DNA of 64,000 bases from Eledone cirrhosa (Eukaryota). Shown here in pieces: positions 49,311-62,600 of this stretch (position 1 is its first letter; the number at the start of each line of letters is the position of its first letter). A program made the position numbers and the translations under genes. Below the pieces are notes generated by a model, which searched no databases, was not told the DNA's origin, and saw nothing but the letters and a program-made list of their open reading frames with translations. Location of the stretch: contig OZ024752.1 in the NCBI GenBank assembly GCA_964016885.1, positions 24,800,001 through 24,864,000 of the forward strand, written 5' to 3'.

Positions 49311-50771
49311 TTGTGTTTGCGTATGTATGTGTATGTCCGTCGGGGCCTAAATCTTCACTATTTACTTTTACTATTTTAATAACCTCTGTCATTTTCGTTT
49401 ACAATTTTATTTACATCCTTCTTAAACTCCGGGGCTGGAAATCATTCGGTTATTTTAAATAGAATATTAGTCTATCGACTCCATTTATACCATAAACTTG
49501 GTTTTGTCTTTGCATGAAATTGTTCTTCACGATCCACATGACGACGCATTATCCTCGCTTTTTTCCCGTTCATTGCCAGGGAACCTCTTCACGAACCAAA
49601 ATATCGTCTTCCTGTTTTCGTTCGGTTGCAACGTTTCTCGAAATATTTACTTCTGCGTTCACAGATTACTCTCAGTTCAATTTGAATGGGAAATTCCTGT
49701 TTCATCGATTTTCTCCGTAACCATGGAAGCTTGTAGTAGCCAAAAGTTTATTAACAGCGAAATATTGCGAGACAATGATTTGAAAAATACTACTTACTTT
49801 TAGTGGTGATTAACATGTATTAGAAATAAAATGAAAATGATATCTGAAACAACGTACTTGAGAACATGACTCCCTTCTTCGCAATTTAAGGGTTTTATTT
49901 CTTTTGATGGAAAACAGTGACTGTTTTCGGTTTGGCATTTCGTAAAATGCTACTGCAGAATTGATTTCATAAAACGGTACTGTATGATAGTTTACACTTT
50001 GATTGCCCTGGTCAGCAAGAGGGGCCTCTATATATTAGATATTTATTAGAAGAGGGGGAAATAACTAACCCCAGTATTAGAACAGGGGTTTCGCAATGTA
50101 AGGGTTTTATTTCTTTTGTTAGAAAACAGTTACCTTTTTCGTTTTGGCATTTCGTAAAATTCTACTGCAGAATCGATTTCACAAAACAGTACTGTATGGT
50201 CGTTATAGAATTATTTAAATTTAATATAGAGCAATTGTATTTTAAAAATGAAAATGAAACGTACTGTAGTAGCCAAAAGTTTATTACCAGCGAAATAACG
50301 TTGTCTTTGATATGTTATTTTAAATAAGACAATGAATCGAAAAATACTACTTACTATTAGTGGTGGTTAACATGTATTAGAAATAAAATGAAAATGATAT
50401 CTGAAAAAACGTACTTGAGAACATGACTCCCTTCTTCGCATTTTAAGGTTTTTATATCTTTTGATGGAAAACAGTGACCGTTTTCGTAACGGTACTCTAT
50501 GTTAACAGCGAAAGAAAGCTGCGAAAGAACGCAGCGAAATAGATTGATGAGTTAGTATTAGAGCAGGGGTAAATAACTCACCGAACGCGCTAGTTTTGGG
50601 GCCCCAGGGACGACATTTTTCAAGTTAGACATTTGAAACCTAGTCTATTTGCTTCCTTGGCACTTTTTACATAGGTGTGTAAATTTCCATGTCAGTCCGA
50701 CCACGTCTACTACCATTTAACCGTGCACGTCTGAATTTCAACCACCGCCCATTTCACAAATATATATTAGA
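48819..50771 (-). mobile_element. Non-autonomous Helitron (~1.95 kb)
   Basis: Minus strand starts TCTAATATATA and ends ..taacgccgggtacctctgCTAG. It sits between A and T with no TSD, and the empty site is present at 27233/27234. Confidence 0.85.
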
Positions 50772-51392
50772 TATCGTCTTTTTTAACGTATCATGGATTA
50801 CGTTACTGATTAAATAAGAGTGTAACGTAGTCTTCGTTCAATTTCATGTATTATATATTGTCAATTATGATTTTATTTGATGTATCATATCTACATGTAT
50901 ATATACCTGCGTATAATATAAATATGCACACTACACATGCTAGCAGAGAATAATAATAATATTATTGATGAACTTTATTATGGTGAAATATGTTGGAAAT
51001 CATTCTCAGAGGTTTTGTATTGTAATTAACAAATACACCCTGTAGAAAGTACCCTTTCATATTATTTGTCATTAAGGGCTCTTACAGAGACACAATCTCA
51101 TTTCATTGTTGAGGCTGGTGGATTTGCAGAATCAGTAGAGTGTCATACGATATGCTTTGTGTCATAAAGTTGTTCTGGGTTTAAATCAAGTCATGGTGAA
51201 CTTTGACTTTCATCCATTCAAGATTGATAAAAAACAGTAACAGTAATGCACTGGGCCTGATTTAATTGGCATTCCCCTTTCTCTTCAAATTGCTGGCCTT
51301 GAGTCAAAAGTAGAATCATTTATTTAAAGTCTATAAAACAATAGATAGAATGCTTTCTGCCATATTTATCCTGGTTCTCTGCTGGTTATATA

Positions 51393-51555
51393 TAAACTGG
51401 TTATATATTACACACTGCTAAAAGTAATACTATACCTCTAAACTGGTTATATATTACACACTGCTAAAAGTAATACTATACTTCTAAACTAGTTATATAT
51501 TACACACTGCTAAAAGTAATACTATACTTCTAAACTGGTTATATATTACATGCTG
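51393..51555. repeat. 46-bp tandem repeat, ~3.5 copies
   Basis: taaactggttatatattacacactgctaaaagtaatactatacttc. Confidence 0.9.
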
Positions 51556-52089
51556 CCATACTGATAACATAATACATCATCATCTTATGTTATAAACTGC
51601 TTCACTGGTGACTTCTATTGAAACACAATACACAAATACAAATATAACTTTGCCTTTCATCCTTACGGGGGTCGATAAAATAAAGTACCAGTAATACACT
51701 GGGATAATTGCTGGCCTTGTGCCAAAAGTAGAAATAATTATTATTCTCAAATATTATTCTTATCAAATATTATCTTCATGTATGAAGGATGACAGCTGTA
51801 TAAAAGGGTGCAGGCACCCCAATAGAGGAAGACCCAGGGAGACATGGGATGATAAAGGTTGACCTGGCTTATCTAAACCTCCCAATGAAGATGACACAGG
51901 ACTGAGACCTCTGGCACTACAATGTACAACAAAAAGACCCATGTCAACAACTCATCCCAAGACCCTGCTCATAACAGTGCCACCCAGCTCACTACTGTAA
52001 ATGTGGACCACCCAGTAACTGGCTCAACCTCCCACATATTGGGACAACACAGCTCCCAAATTATGGTTTCAATGTGGGCAGGATATTGT

Positions 52090-52950
52090 GCAGCCAACTG
52101 ACCAGACCCTCCTCATAACAGCTCCACCCAGGACCCACTATGAACAAGGCTTGGTGCTGCCAACTGGCCAGACCCTCGTAATAAAAGTGACACCCAGGGC
52201 TCTACTATGAATAAGGCTTGGTATGGTCAACTGACGAGAACCTCATAAAAGTGTCACCCAGTGTTTACTATGAACAAGGCTTGGTATGGTCAACTGACGA
52301 GAACCTCATAAAAGTGTCACCCAGTGTTTACTATGAATAAGGCTTGGTATGGTCAACTGACCAGAACCTCATAAAGGTGTCACCCAGTGTTTTCTATGGA
52401 CAAGGCTTGGTGCTGCCAACTGGCCAGAACCTCGTAATAAAGGTGTCACCCAGGGCTCTACTATAAACAAGGCTTGGTATGGTCAACTGACCAGAACCTC
52501 ATAAAGGTGTCACCTAGGGCTCTACTATGAACAAGGCTTGGTATGGCCAACTGACCAGAACCTCGTAATAAAGGTGTCACCCAGGGCTTTACTATGAATA
52601 AGGCTTGGTATGGTCAACTGACCAGAACCTCATAAAGGTGTCACCCAGTGTTTACTATGAACAAGGCGTGGTATAGCCAACTGACCAGAACCTCATAATA
52701 AAGGTGTCACCCAGGGCTTTACTATGAATAAGGCTTGGTATGGTCAACTGACCAGAACCTCATAAAGGTGTCAACCAGTGTTTACTATGAACAAGGCTTG
52801 GTAAGGCCAACTGACCAGAACCTCCTCATAAAGGTGTCACCCAGGGCTCTACTATGAACAAGGCGTCGTATGGCCAACTGACCATAACCTCATAAAGGTG
52901 TCACCCAGTGCTCTACTATAAACAAGACTTGGTATGGCCAACTGACAGGG
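52090..52950. repeat. 63/66-bp minisatellite, ~13 copies, inside an RTE 3' end (~51780-53250)
   Basis: caactgaccagaacctc(gta)ataaaggtgtcacccagtgtttactatgaacaaggcttggtatggt. Confidence 0.92.
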
Positions 52951-53280
52951 TCTACTTCATAATGGGTCTACCAAGATCCCAAAACACAGCAACAGTCCCG
53001 ATATTGAACAAGGTACACTGCAGCCATCTGACCAGACTTTCCAGTGACAAGGCTCCACTATGTGTAAGACTTTGAGAGTCCATCTGGCTTTACCTCCCTC
53101 ATAGTGGGACTACCTAGGTCTCAATCTATAGCTCCACTGTTAGCAGGTTACAGCGAAGCCACCTGGCCTGTCCCTCCTCATAACTGTGCCATCCAGTTCC
53201 ACACTGTAAATGTGGTTGGTGGTAGGAAGAGCATCCAGCTGTAAAAAAGGAAGTAAACATTTGGTTATCTATATATATCT

Positions 53281-53621
53281 CATCATCATCATCATTTCAT
53301 TTTACGTTCGCTTCTTCCCTGCTTGCAAGGGTGGGACGGGAACTGATGCTGGCTTAATTTCTACAGCTGGATGCCCTTCCTAACACCAACCTCATTTACA
53401 GTGAGTGGTGGGTGCTTTTTTGCCGTGGCACCTCCACGACCACTTTGCAGTGGAATGATATGGACCCCAGTCCCTATCATCTCATTTCTACAGCTGAGTA
53501 AACTGGAGCAATGTGAAATAAAGTGTTTTGCCCAAGGAAACAACACATCACCCGGTCTGAGAATTGAACTCACAACCTTTCGATTGCAAGGCCAATTCTC
53601 TAACCACTAAGCCATGTGCCT

Positions 53622-53623
<2 letters not shown>
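53281..53623 (-). mobile_element. Full-length tRNA-derived SINE, family B
   Basis: Reverse complement: ggaggcacatggcttagtggttag (A box), gagttcaattc (B box), core, RTE-like tail and (GAT)n. Confidence 0.8.
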
Positions 53624-53676
<53 letters not shown>

Positions 53677-53724
53677 TAACAGATTAAAGTTTAAGCAAAG
53701 AATTTTAGTCTTCAAATTTATTAT

Positions 53725-53765
<41 letters not shown>

Positions 53766-53970
53766 TAAGTATGTATACGTACATACATATATGTATACAG
53801 ACGTACAGTAGTATGTATATATATATACATACATGCACACATATATATATGTATGTATGGATTCACCAAACATTTATTATAATGCTCGGTGTGTTTGTAG
53901 ACAAACATCCCGTATTAAGACGTAGTGTCTAGCAACCATCGTTGCTCGTTTATTCAACACTGACAAAGGA

Positions 53971-54013
53971 ACGCTGTACTAGTTTCAAGCTTATTAGCTA
54001 TCGTCAGCAACGT
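53971..54013 (-). ncRNA. Type I hammerhead ribozyme, intact core
   Basis: Reverse complement: acgttg-CTGACGA-tagct-aata-agctt-GAAA-ctag-TA-cagcgt. Sibling copies 54391-54433 (CTTATGA) and 54811-54853 (CTGACAA) have core mutations. Confidence 0.82.
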
Positions 54014-55879
54014 ATACCTTCCTGCCAGATTGTTGAACGTATATACTTACCTTATGCATATTGACGGCTGAGTAGCCCAATTTGCATATCGAGTGGGTTA
54101 ATCGGCCGGGTGCACCGAAAACGATAAACGAAAAAAATGAAACAAAATTTCATTTCCCACTCTTAGTACGGCTGTTACTTAAATATAAGTATGTACACGT
54201 ACATACATATATGTATACAGACGTACAGTAGTATGTATATATATATACATACATGCACCCATATATATCTGTATGTATGGATTCACCGAACATTTATTAT
54301 AATACTCGGTGTGTTTGTAAAAAAACATCCCGTATTAAGCCGTAGTGTCTAGCAACCATCGTTGCTCGTTTGTTCAACACTGACAAAGGAACACTGTACT
54401 AGTTTCAAGCTTATTAGCTATCATAAGCAACGTATACCATCCTGCCAGATTGTTGAACGTATATACTTACCTTATGCATATTGACGGCTGAGTAGCCCAA
54501 TTTGCATATCGAGTGGGTTAATCGGCCGGGTGCACCGAAAACGATAAACGGAAAAAATGAAACGAAATTTGATTTCCCACTCTTAGTACGGCTGTTACTT
54601 AAATATAAGTATGTACACGTACATACATATATGTATACAGACGTACAGTAGTATGTATATATATATACATACATGCACACATATATATATGTACGTATGG
54701 ATTCACCGAACATTTATTATAATGCTCGGTGTGTTTGTAAACAAACATCCCGTATTAAGCCGTAGTGTCCAGCAACCATCGTTGCTCGTTTGTTCAACAC
54801 TGACAAAGGAACGCTGTACTAGTTTCAAGCTTATTAGCTATTGTCAGCAACATATACCTTCCTGCCAGATTGTTGAACGTATATACTTACCTTATGCATA
54901 TTAACGGCTGAGTAGCCCAATTTGCATATCGAGTGGGTTAATCGGCCGGGTGAACCGAAAACGATAAACGGAAAAAATGAAACGAAATTTCATTTCCCAC
55001 TCTTAGTTCGGCTGTTACTTAAATATAAGTATGTACACGTACATACATATATGTATACAGACGTACAGTAGTATGCATATATATATATATATACATACAT
55101 GCACACATATATGTACGTATGGATTCACCGAACATCTATTATAATGCTTGGTGTGTTTGTAAACAAACATCCCGTATTAAGCCGTAGTGTCTAGCAACCA
55201 TCGTTGCTCGTTTGTTCAACACTGACAAAGGAACGCTGTACTAGTTTCAAGCTTATTGCTAGACACTACGGCTTAATACGTGTACATACTTATATTTAAG
55301 TAACAGCCGTACTAAGAGTGGGAAATGAAATTCCGTTTGATTTTTTCCGTTTATCGTTTTCGTACACCCAGCCGATTAACCCACTCGATATGCAAATTGG
55401 GCTACTCAGCCGTTAATATTCATAAGGTAAGTATATACGTTCAACAATCTGGCAGGAAGGTATACGTTGCTGACGATAGCTAATAAGCTTGAATCTAGTA
55501 CAGCGTTCCTTTGTCAGTGTTGAACAAACGAGCAATGATAGGTGCTAGACACTATGGCTTAACACGGGATGTTTGTTTACAAACACACCGAGCATTATAA
55601 TAAATGTTCGGTGAATCCATACGTACATATATATATGTGTGCATGTATATATATAGACATACTTCTGTACGTCTGTATACATATATGTATGTACGTGTAC
55701 CTACTTACATTTAAGTAACAGCCGAACTAAGAGTGGGAATTGAAATTTTGTTTTATTTTTTCCGTTTATCGTTTTCGGTGCACCCAGCCGATTAACCCAC
55801 TCGATATGCAAATTGGGCTACTTAGCCGTTAATATGCATAAGGTAAGTATATACGTTCAACAATCTGGCAGGAAGGTAT

Positions 55880-55922
55880 ACGTTGCTGACGATAGCTAAT
55901 AAGCTTGAAACTAGTACAGCGT
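55880..55922 (+). ncRNA. Type I hammerhead ribozyme, intact core (inverted unit)
   Basis: acgttg-CTGACGA-tagctaataagctt-GAAA-ctag-TA-cagcgt; sibling 55464-55506 has GAAT. Confidence 0.82.
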
Positions 55923-56481
55923 TCCTTTGTCAGTGTTGAACAAACGAGCAACGATGGTTGCTAGACACTACGGCTTAATACAGGATGTTTGTTTACAAAC
56001 ACACCGAGCATTATAATAAATGTTCGGTGAATCCATACGTACATATATATATATGTGTGCATGTACGTATATATATATACATACTACTGTACGTCTGTAT
56101 ACATATATGTATGTACGTGTACATACATATATTTAAGTAACAGCCGTACTAAGAGTGGGAAATGAAATTTTGTTTCATTTTTTCCGTTTATATATATATA
56201 TATATAACCAAAGATTAATATGGTTCATTGATTATGCAATGAATATAGTTTTACAATAGATTAAAAGCACTCTACAAAGAAGTTTTCCGGAGTTATTAAT
56301 ATTATTCAGAATATTAATAAATGAAGACATTCACATAATCAAAATGTATGTTTTATTATATATATTTCGAAGGTACTGTGCTGTTTTTTCAGTACGTCCT
56401 TGTGAAATAAAATACATGAATTGATGTATGACATACCTCAACGGTTTGGATGGTTCAATTCCAGTATTGGCAATTCATTTA

Positions 56482-56543
56482 TTTTATCTGACGAGGACGT
56501 ACTGAAAAAACAGCAGAGTACCTTCGAAATATATATAATAAAA
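56482..56543 (+). ncRNA. Type I hammerhead in a small inverted repeat (~56322-56593); the minus-strand twin has a decayed core
   Basis: ttttat-CTGACGA-ggacgtact..agtaccttc-GAAA-tatata-TA-ataaaa; related to 20750. Confidence 0.72.
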
Positions 56544-56595
56544 CATATATTTTGATTATGTGAATATCTTCATTTATTAATATTCTGAATAATAA

Positions 56596-56626
<31 letters not shown>

Positions 56627-56634
56627 ACTTTGTA

Positions 56635-57303
56635 TAACTAAGGAATAAATTAGAGATAAGAGGGATCAGATGTTGTTTACTCGAGAGAAGGCTACGTTGG
56701 TATGGACACGTGATGCGCATGAAAGTCGATAGCTGTATAACAAAGTGCAGGGCAATAAAGATAGACGGTAGTCACGGAATAGGCAGACCTAGAAAAACCT
56801 GGGACGAGCTGATAAACTCCGACATCACACACTTACACCTCTCCAAGACAATGTCACTGGACCGAGACCTTTGGCGGTACTCAGTAACAGAGAAGACCCG
56901 CCTTACCTAAATATATAGTAAAACCTACTCCAGCCAGTAGGCATCTCTAACAAATACACCCCGTCCCACCACCCCCACCCGATCCACACCACCCCGTTCT
57001 ATGTAAAGTTATGTTGGTGCCGCGCCATCGAGGCCGAAACAAATGAGATCGTGTAGGTGTCACGACAAAAAACACACAGTCCACGCTGTAATGTGGCCGT
57101 GTAGGCAACACGGTAAAAACCTCCCAGACCCACACTGTAAATGTGGTTGGTGTTAGGAAGGGCATCCAGCTGTAGAAAGCCTGCCAGACAGTCCTATGCG
57201 AGCAAGACAATCACTCTTGCCTCAAGTGGGACTACCCCCGTCCAAACCCATGCAAGCGTGGAACACGGACGTTAAACGCTGATGATGATGATGATGATGA
57301 TGA
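56635..57303 (+). mobile_element. RTE LINE 3' end with tail
   Basis: RRLRWYGHVMR, GRPRKTWDE, ggaagggcatccagctgtagaaa, (GAT)n. Confidence 0.8.
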
Positions 57304-57389
57304 TATATATATATAACTTAGGTTTGGGCCAATATTGGCCATGCTAGCGTGGAAGATAGACATTAAACGTTGATGATGATGATGATATG

Positions 57390-58055
57390 ATGTAATGCTA
57401 ATAACCTAACTGTCTGTAACACAAACTTCAAAAAATGAGACAATCACTTGATCACCTATAGATCAGGGGAGCACATCAGCCAGATAGATTTTTATCCTTA
57501 CTAGAAGACGTGACAGAGTCTCTGTTGAAAACACTAAGTCCCGCCTTCATGAAGAATGCACCTCCCAACATAGCCTAATAGTTAGTGACCTCATAGTCAG
57601 GACTAGACATACATGACGACAGAGGACTACCTTGAGAAGAATATGGAAGTTGCAGGACCCCACAGCCAGTAACAAATTTAAAAGCATACTACTTGATGCT
57701 TTTGACAGTAACGAAGAGCAATTAGAGACGTACAATATAGAGGAACAGTGGGAATTCTTGAAAGTGAACCTGCTGAAGGTGACAGATGAAATCTGTGGCT
57801 GGAGCAGACCTTTAGGCAGGAGGAGAGTAACTTGGTGGTGGATCAGTAAGGTGGAGGAGACAATCAAGGCCAAAAAGCAGCCTTGGAAAGAATGGTAGGA
57901 TGGGAGAAGTAGAGAACACTATCAGGTGGCTTGGAGAGAAGCTAGGAGACAAGTGTACTTTGCAGAGGAAAGAAAGTTCAAGCATGTTCTACAACACGAG
58001 GACCAAAAACGTGAGGTGTTCAGGATTGCTAGACAATGTGTCAAGGAAAACCGTG
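57390..58055 (+). mobile_element. RTE LINE fragment (APE C-terminus and linker); similar fragment at 63740-64000
   Basis: CNTNFKK, SQID, QHSLIVSD, IWKLQDP, EICGWS, TWWW. Confidence 0.7.
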
Positions 58056-58084
58056 ATATGTACTGACTCTCGAGTCACTACTGC

Positions 58085-58672
58085 TGAAGTTGGTGCTATT
58101 GCAAGGTGAACCAGGACTGCGAAAAGCAGCATTGGTCTACGCTGACGACATCACCGTAATGGTGTTGAAAACCTCGGAAATCGGAGTAATTGGCAACTTA
58201 TTACAGGAATATGAAACGTTGACAGCAATAAGACTAAACCTGAACAAGTCTGTCGGTTTGCAACTCAGTACATGGAGAGGCAAACCCATGCCTTCCGACA
58301 GCATTGTTGATGCTAGACGGAAGGACCAGTGAAATTGCTCGGGGTCTGGTTTGGTCCAGACCTCCAGGTGGACAAAAATTGGAATGAGGTCACAGCGAAG
58401 GTGTTTGCACTCACTGAGAAGTGGGCTGACTGTAAACTCTCCTTAAAAGGTTGAGCAGAGGTGGCAAAAACTTACATAGCATCCATCATCTACTACCACT
58501 TAACAGTTATGCCTTGTCTCCGCAATCACCTCACCAAGATGGAGCGTCTTCCCTTCAAATTCCTTTGGAAGAAACAGGCTCTGTTAGTGGGGAGATCCAT
58601 CTGCTGCCAACTCCCTTCTAATGGAGGACTGGGCATGCTGTGGCTGATGATGCGCAAACACGCACTGCTGAG
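58085..58672 (+). mobile_element. L1/Tx1-like LINE RT fragment
   Basis: YADDITV, LNLNKS, VKLLGVWFG, LSLKG, FKFLW, GGLGM. Confidence 0.7.
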
Positions 58673-58935
58673 GCCATGCCATCTCCAGATAACGGAAAGT
58701 GTCTATTATTTCTATAGAACCATCTGTGCAGTTGAACGAGATAGTATCCAGTGGGTCCTTACTACTTACTGCACCTGAGCATCGGCCACATATGAAAGCT
58801 TCATTCTTAGATACCTTACTACATCTTTTATCTACCCCCAGTTTGCATTTGGGACATAGAATGGAATTTCTACCTAGTACTTTTTTACACACTGAGCATG
58901 GCCATTTCCCAGATGGGACCTGTGCCCTCTTCACC
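58673..58935 (-). mobile_element. RTE fragment encoding a Cys-rich PHD-like module
   Basis: SGKWPCSVCKK..NSILCPKC....KRCS..FICGRC..IDTFRYL. Confidence 0.65.
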
Positions 58936-60679
58936 TTCCTACATTCTAGAACCTTAGTGTATATATGTATATACACATATATATCAATATATATATATAC
59001 ACACATACATATATATAACTGTTTGTAACTCTTTATAATTTATACACACATACACAGAGTGTATTTCCTATCTGCCCTGTTGTTACAATAAGAATTCAAC
59101 TTTCCTATCACAAGGTCCTGGGTTCTAACCTTACTTTAGTCCCTGGAAATAGTTATTTCTCCAAAGTTACTCATACATTTAATCCTCTATATCAAATGTT
59201 AAACATTTATATAATTATATCCTAGAAATAAATCATTAAAATATCATTCTTACTGTTAATCACTTCCATGTTAATCAACATAAACTATAGGGTTTCTCTT
59301 ACACTATCAATTCATCAAAACACAAGTTTGCCAGTAGTTCTGGTAATCCTGGTATATATATAACATAACAAACCTAGACTCCAAACATTAAATATATTCA
59401 ACACTATTGCTGTCATTATTGACAGACTTGCTTCATTAGTAAGTTAATAGGTTCCATACTGAATTGATTTCCTCTTTTCTTCTGTCACTAAGTTTTTATT
59501 TTAAGTTTTCCTGTTACTTTATATTAGGGAGTCAATGATACCATCAAAGTTAGTGGCCCTGTAACCTGGGTATTGTTAAATATTCTAATATTCATTTTTA
59601 AAATATACAAAGTGTGATAGAATTAAAGATAATTTAAATAGCAATGAAGTGTTTGTGTTAGATGTACACATGGGTCCGAAATAATAGGGGGCAGTTTGGA
59701 ATAAACAAGGGAGGGGGTTGGCAAACTCGTAATTTTACTAAGTTGTCCTGTTGATTTAAAAAAAAAACAGAATTAGTTGTTTAGTTTACATATTCAGACC
59801 TCAACCAATCCTAGTTATTTTATAATGTATGGGATTTCTTAAAATGTTATTTTTTGTCATGTCTATTGTTTTGGAATGTACAAAGAAAATTGTCAGAGGA
59901 ATGCCACCAGTTGGAAGAAAATTTCACCAGAGATAGATTAGCAAGATTTAATAAGTGGGATGTGGGGGTGTGGAAAAAATTAATAAGCAGGGTGGTTGGG
60001 ATTATTCTAGTATTAAAACTACTAACAAGGTGATATCATTATATATGGTGTTGATAAAAGAGATTTAGATGGGAATATAACGAAACGGTGAAATCACAAA
60101 CTTGATAAATTCCTTAAATATAACTCTTTTATTAACAACATATGGAATGAAATTTAGGATATAAATATAATTTATATAATTATGAAAAATTACTCAATTA
60201 TTTACAAAAGAATAAAATCAGAAAGAAAAAGAAAAACAGGTAAAAACTACTCCTTTAATTACTATAGCAGAGAATGTTGGCGTAACCCTCCAACATTTCT
60301 GATACAAGTCACTCATAGCATTCTCAGGTGAGAGAGGGTCCCTCAATTAAACACTACAACAGAGATTGTTGTTGTAACCCTCCAACATTTCTGATACAAG
60401 TCACTCACAGCATTTCCTCAGGTGAGAGAGTGTCCCTCAATTAAACACAACACGGAATGTTGGTGTTAGTGAAAGAATGCTGACTTGTCTTACATAGATT
60501 AAAAATGACTTCAAGAAGACAAGGAAAAGATATGAACAAGAATTTAATTCCAACTAAAAATATATTTTTAAAATAACAAGCAATGTTTGGAGTCTGTAGA
60601 AGTGCTAAGAGTTCCCACATGATGTTAGTAGACAATAGTTAAAACGTTTCCTTCCAGTACGAGTTTGTTTGTGTTTATT

Positions 60680-61345
<666 letters not shown>

Positions 61346-62189
61346 AGTAATTCTTGAAGAATTCTTCGAAATTCTGAAGATATATGACTGTGTAAGACTG
61401 ATGTTGGTATAATAAAGTGTAAGAGAGAGTGTGTGTGTGTGTCTTAATAAATGAGGATTGTTCACCACGGAGTGTAGAAAAGTACACAATATCTGCTGTG
61501 TTAACAATACAAATAATACGTACGTTATATTTCAAGTCCAAATGTAAAGTCAAGAAAGACCAGGAAGGCTAATTGTTCAGATGTTGGTGATTTAAACTTA
61601 TTTCTCACTGTCCTATAAAATGTGGAACAACCAATTCACGATGTAGCGTAATTTCTCATGAAATGAAATATATAATCATGTAGGTGATGGAACACCTACA
61701 CTGAAACATGTAGCTCACTCTATGTTATCTACAAAATATTAACTTTCACCCTAACATGAGATAATTGCTACACAGATTAATTAAAGTTATAATTAAGATA
61801 GCAGGTACGTGGCGTCGTTGATAATGTTTCCTTCTCCTGAGTAAAAGCGGTGTCATATGTTAAAAGTCCCTGATATAATTTAATACCTTCAGAAACACCT
61901 TCCATTATAATTCCCTCCATCATGGTAAAACAAACAACATCACCCAGTAAAATAATTATTACGCATCAATGAGGTAGTCTCTTAGCTTGTCCGCCCTGAT
62001 AGAAAATAGCAGCCAAATAACACTCAACTGTCTTGCATTACCTGGGGTGATAGAGGGATGCTCAATAACATACTACATCAGAAATGTTGATGTTGTCAAA
62101 TAGAGGCCAAACAAAAGTCTGAAAGTTCTGACATAGATTTAAAATTAATTCAAAAACATTAGTAATCAGAAGAAGAAGGGAGGAAGGTG

Positions 62190-62600
62190 CAAGTGCCAAA
62201 CTCGCTGTCTTCAATTCGGTATTCATGCCAGCCCTTACTTAGTGTCATGAAACTTGGGTAATGACCAAAAGAATATGATCGTGAATACAAGTGACTGAAA
62301 TGGGCTAACTCTGAAAAGTCTTTGGAGTAACATTACTAGATAACATGCATATCTCAGAGATCAGAGAGTCACTCCAGATAGAGCTGCTATCTCTCCGAAT
62401 TAAGAGATCATAGCTCCGATACTATGGACATGTGGTTAGAATGTCTCAGGAAATAATCGCCAGACAGATTTTATGGGCAAAACCAAGCGGCAAGAGACCC
62501 AGGGGTAGACTCCGAGGAAGATGGTTGGATAACATCCATAAGCTTTGGCTTGTCTCACTTGGGGATCCAGGCGGATCAGCTGGAGGGAGTGTTTGAGGAC
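62190..62600 (+). mobile_element. Degraded RTE-group LINE 3' fragment
   Basis: LRYYGHVVRM..RQILWAKPSGKRPRGR..WLDNI. Confidence 0.65.

Larger units (their letters stand above)
53761..56188. mobile_element. Retrozyme-like array: 420-bp non-coding unit, ~3.6 copies then ~2.2 inverted copies, one hammerhead per unit
   Basis: Exact 420-bp period at 53761/54181/54601/55021; orientation switch at ~55257; (TA)n flanks. Confidence 0.88.

Noticed and set aside
60270-60450. ~92-bp two-copy direct repeat
   Set aside because: Simple local duplication with no structure or termini recognised.
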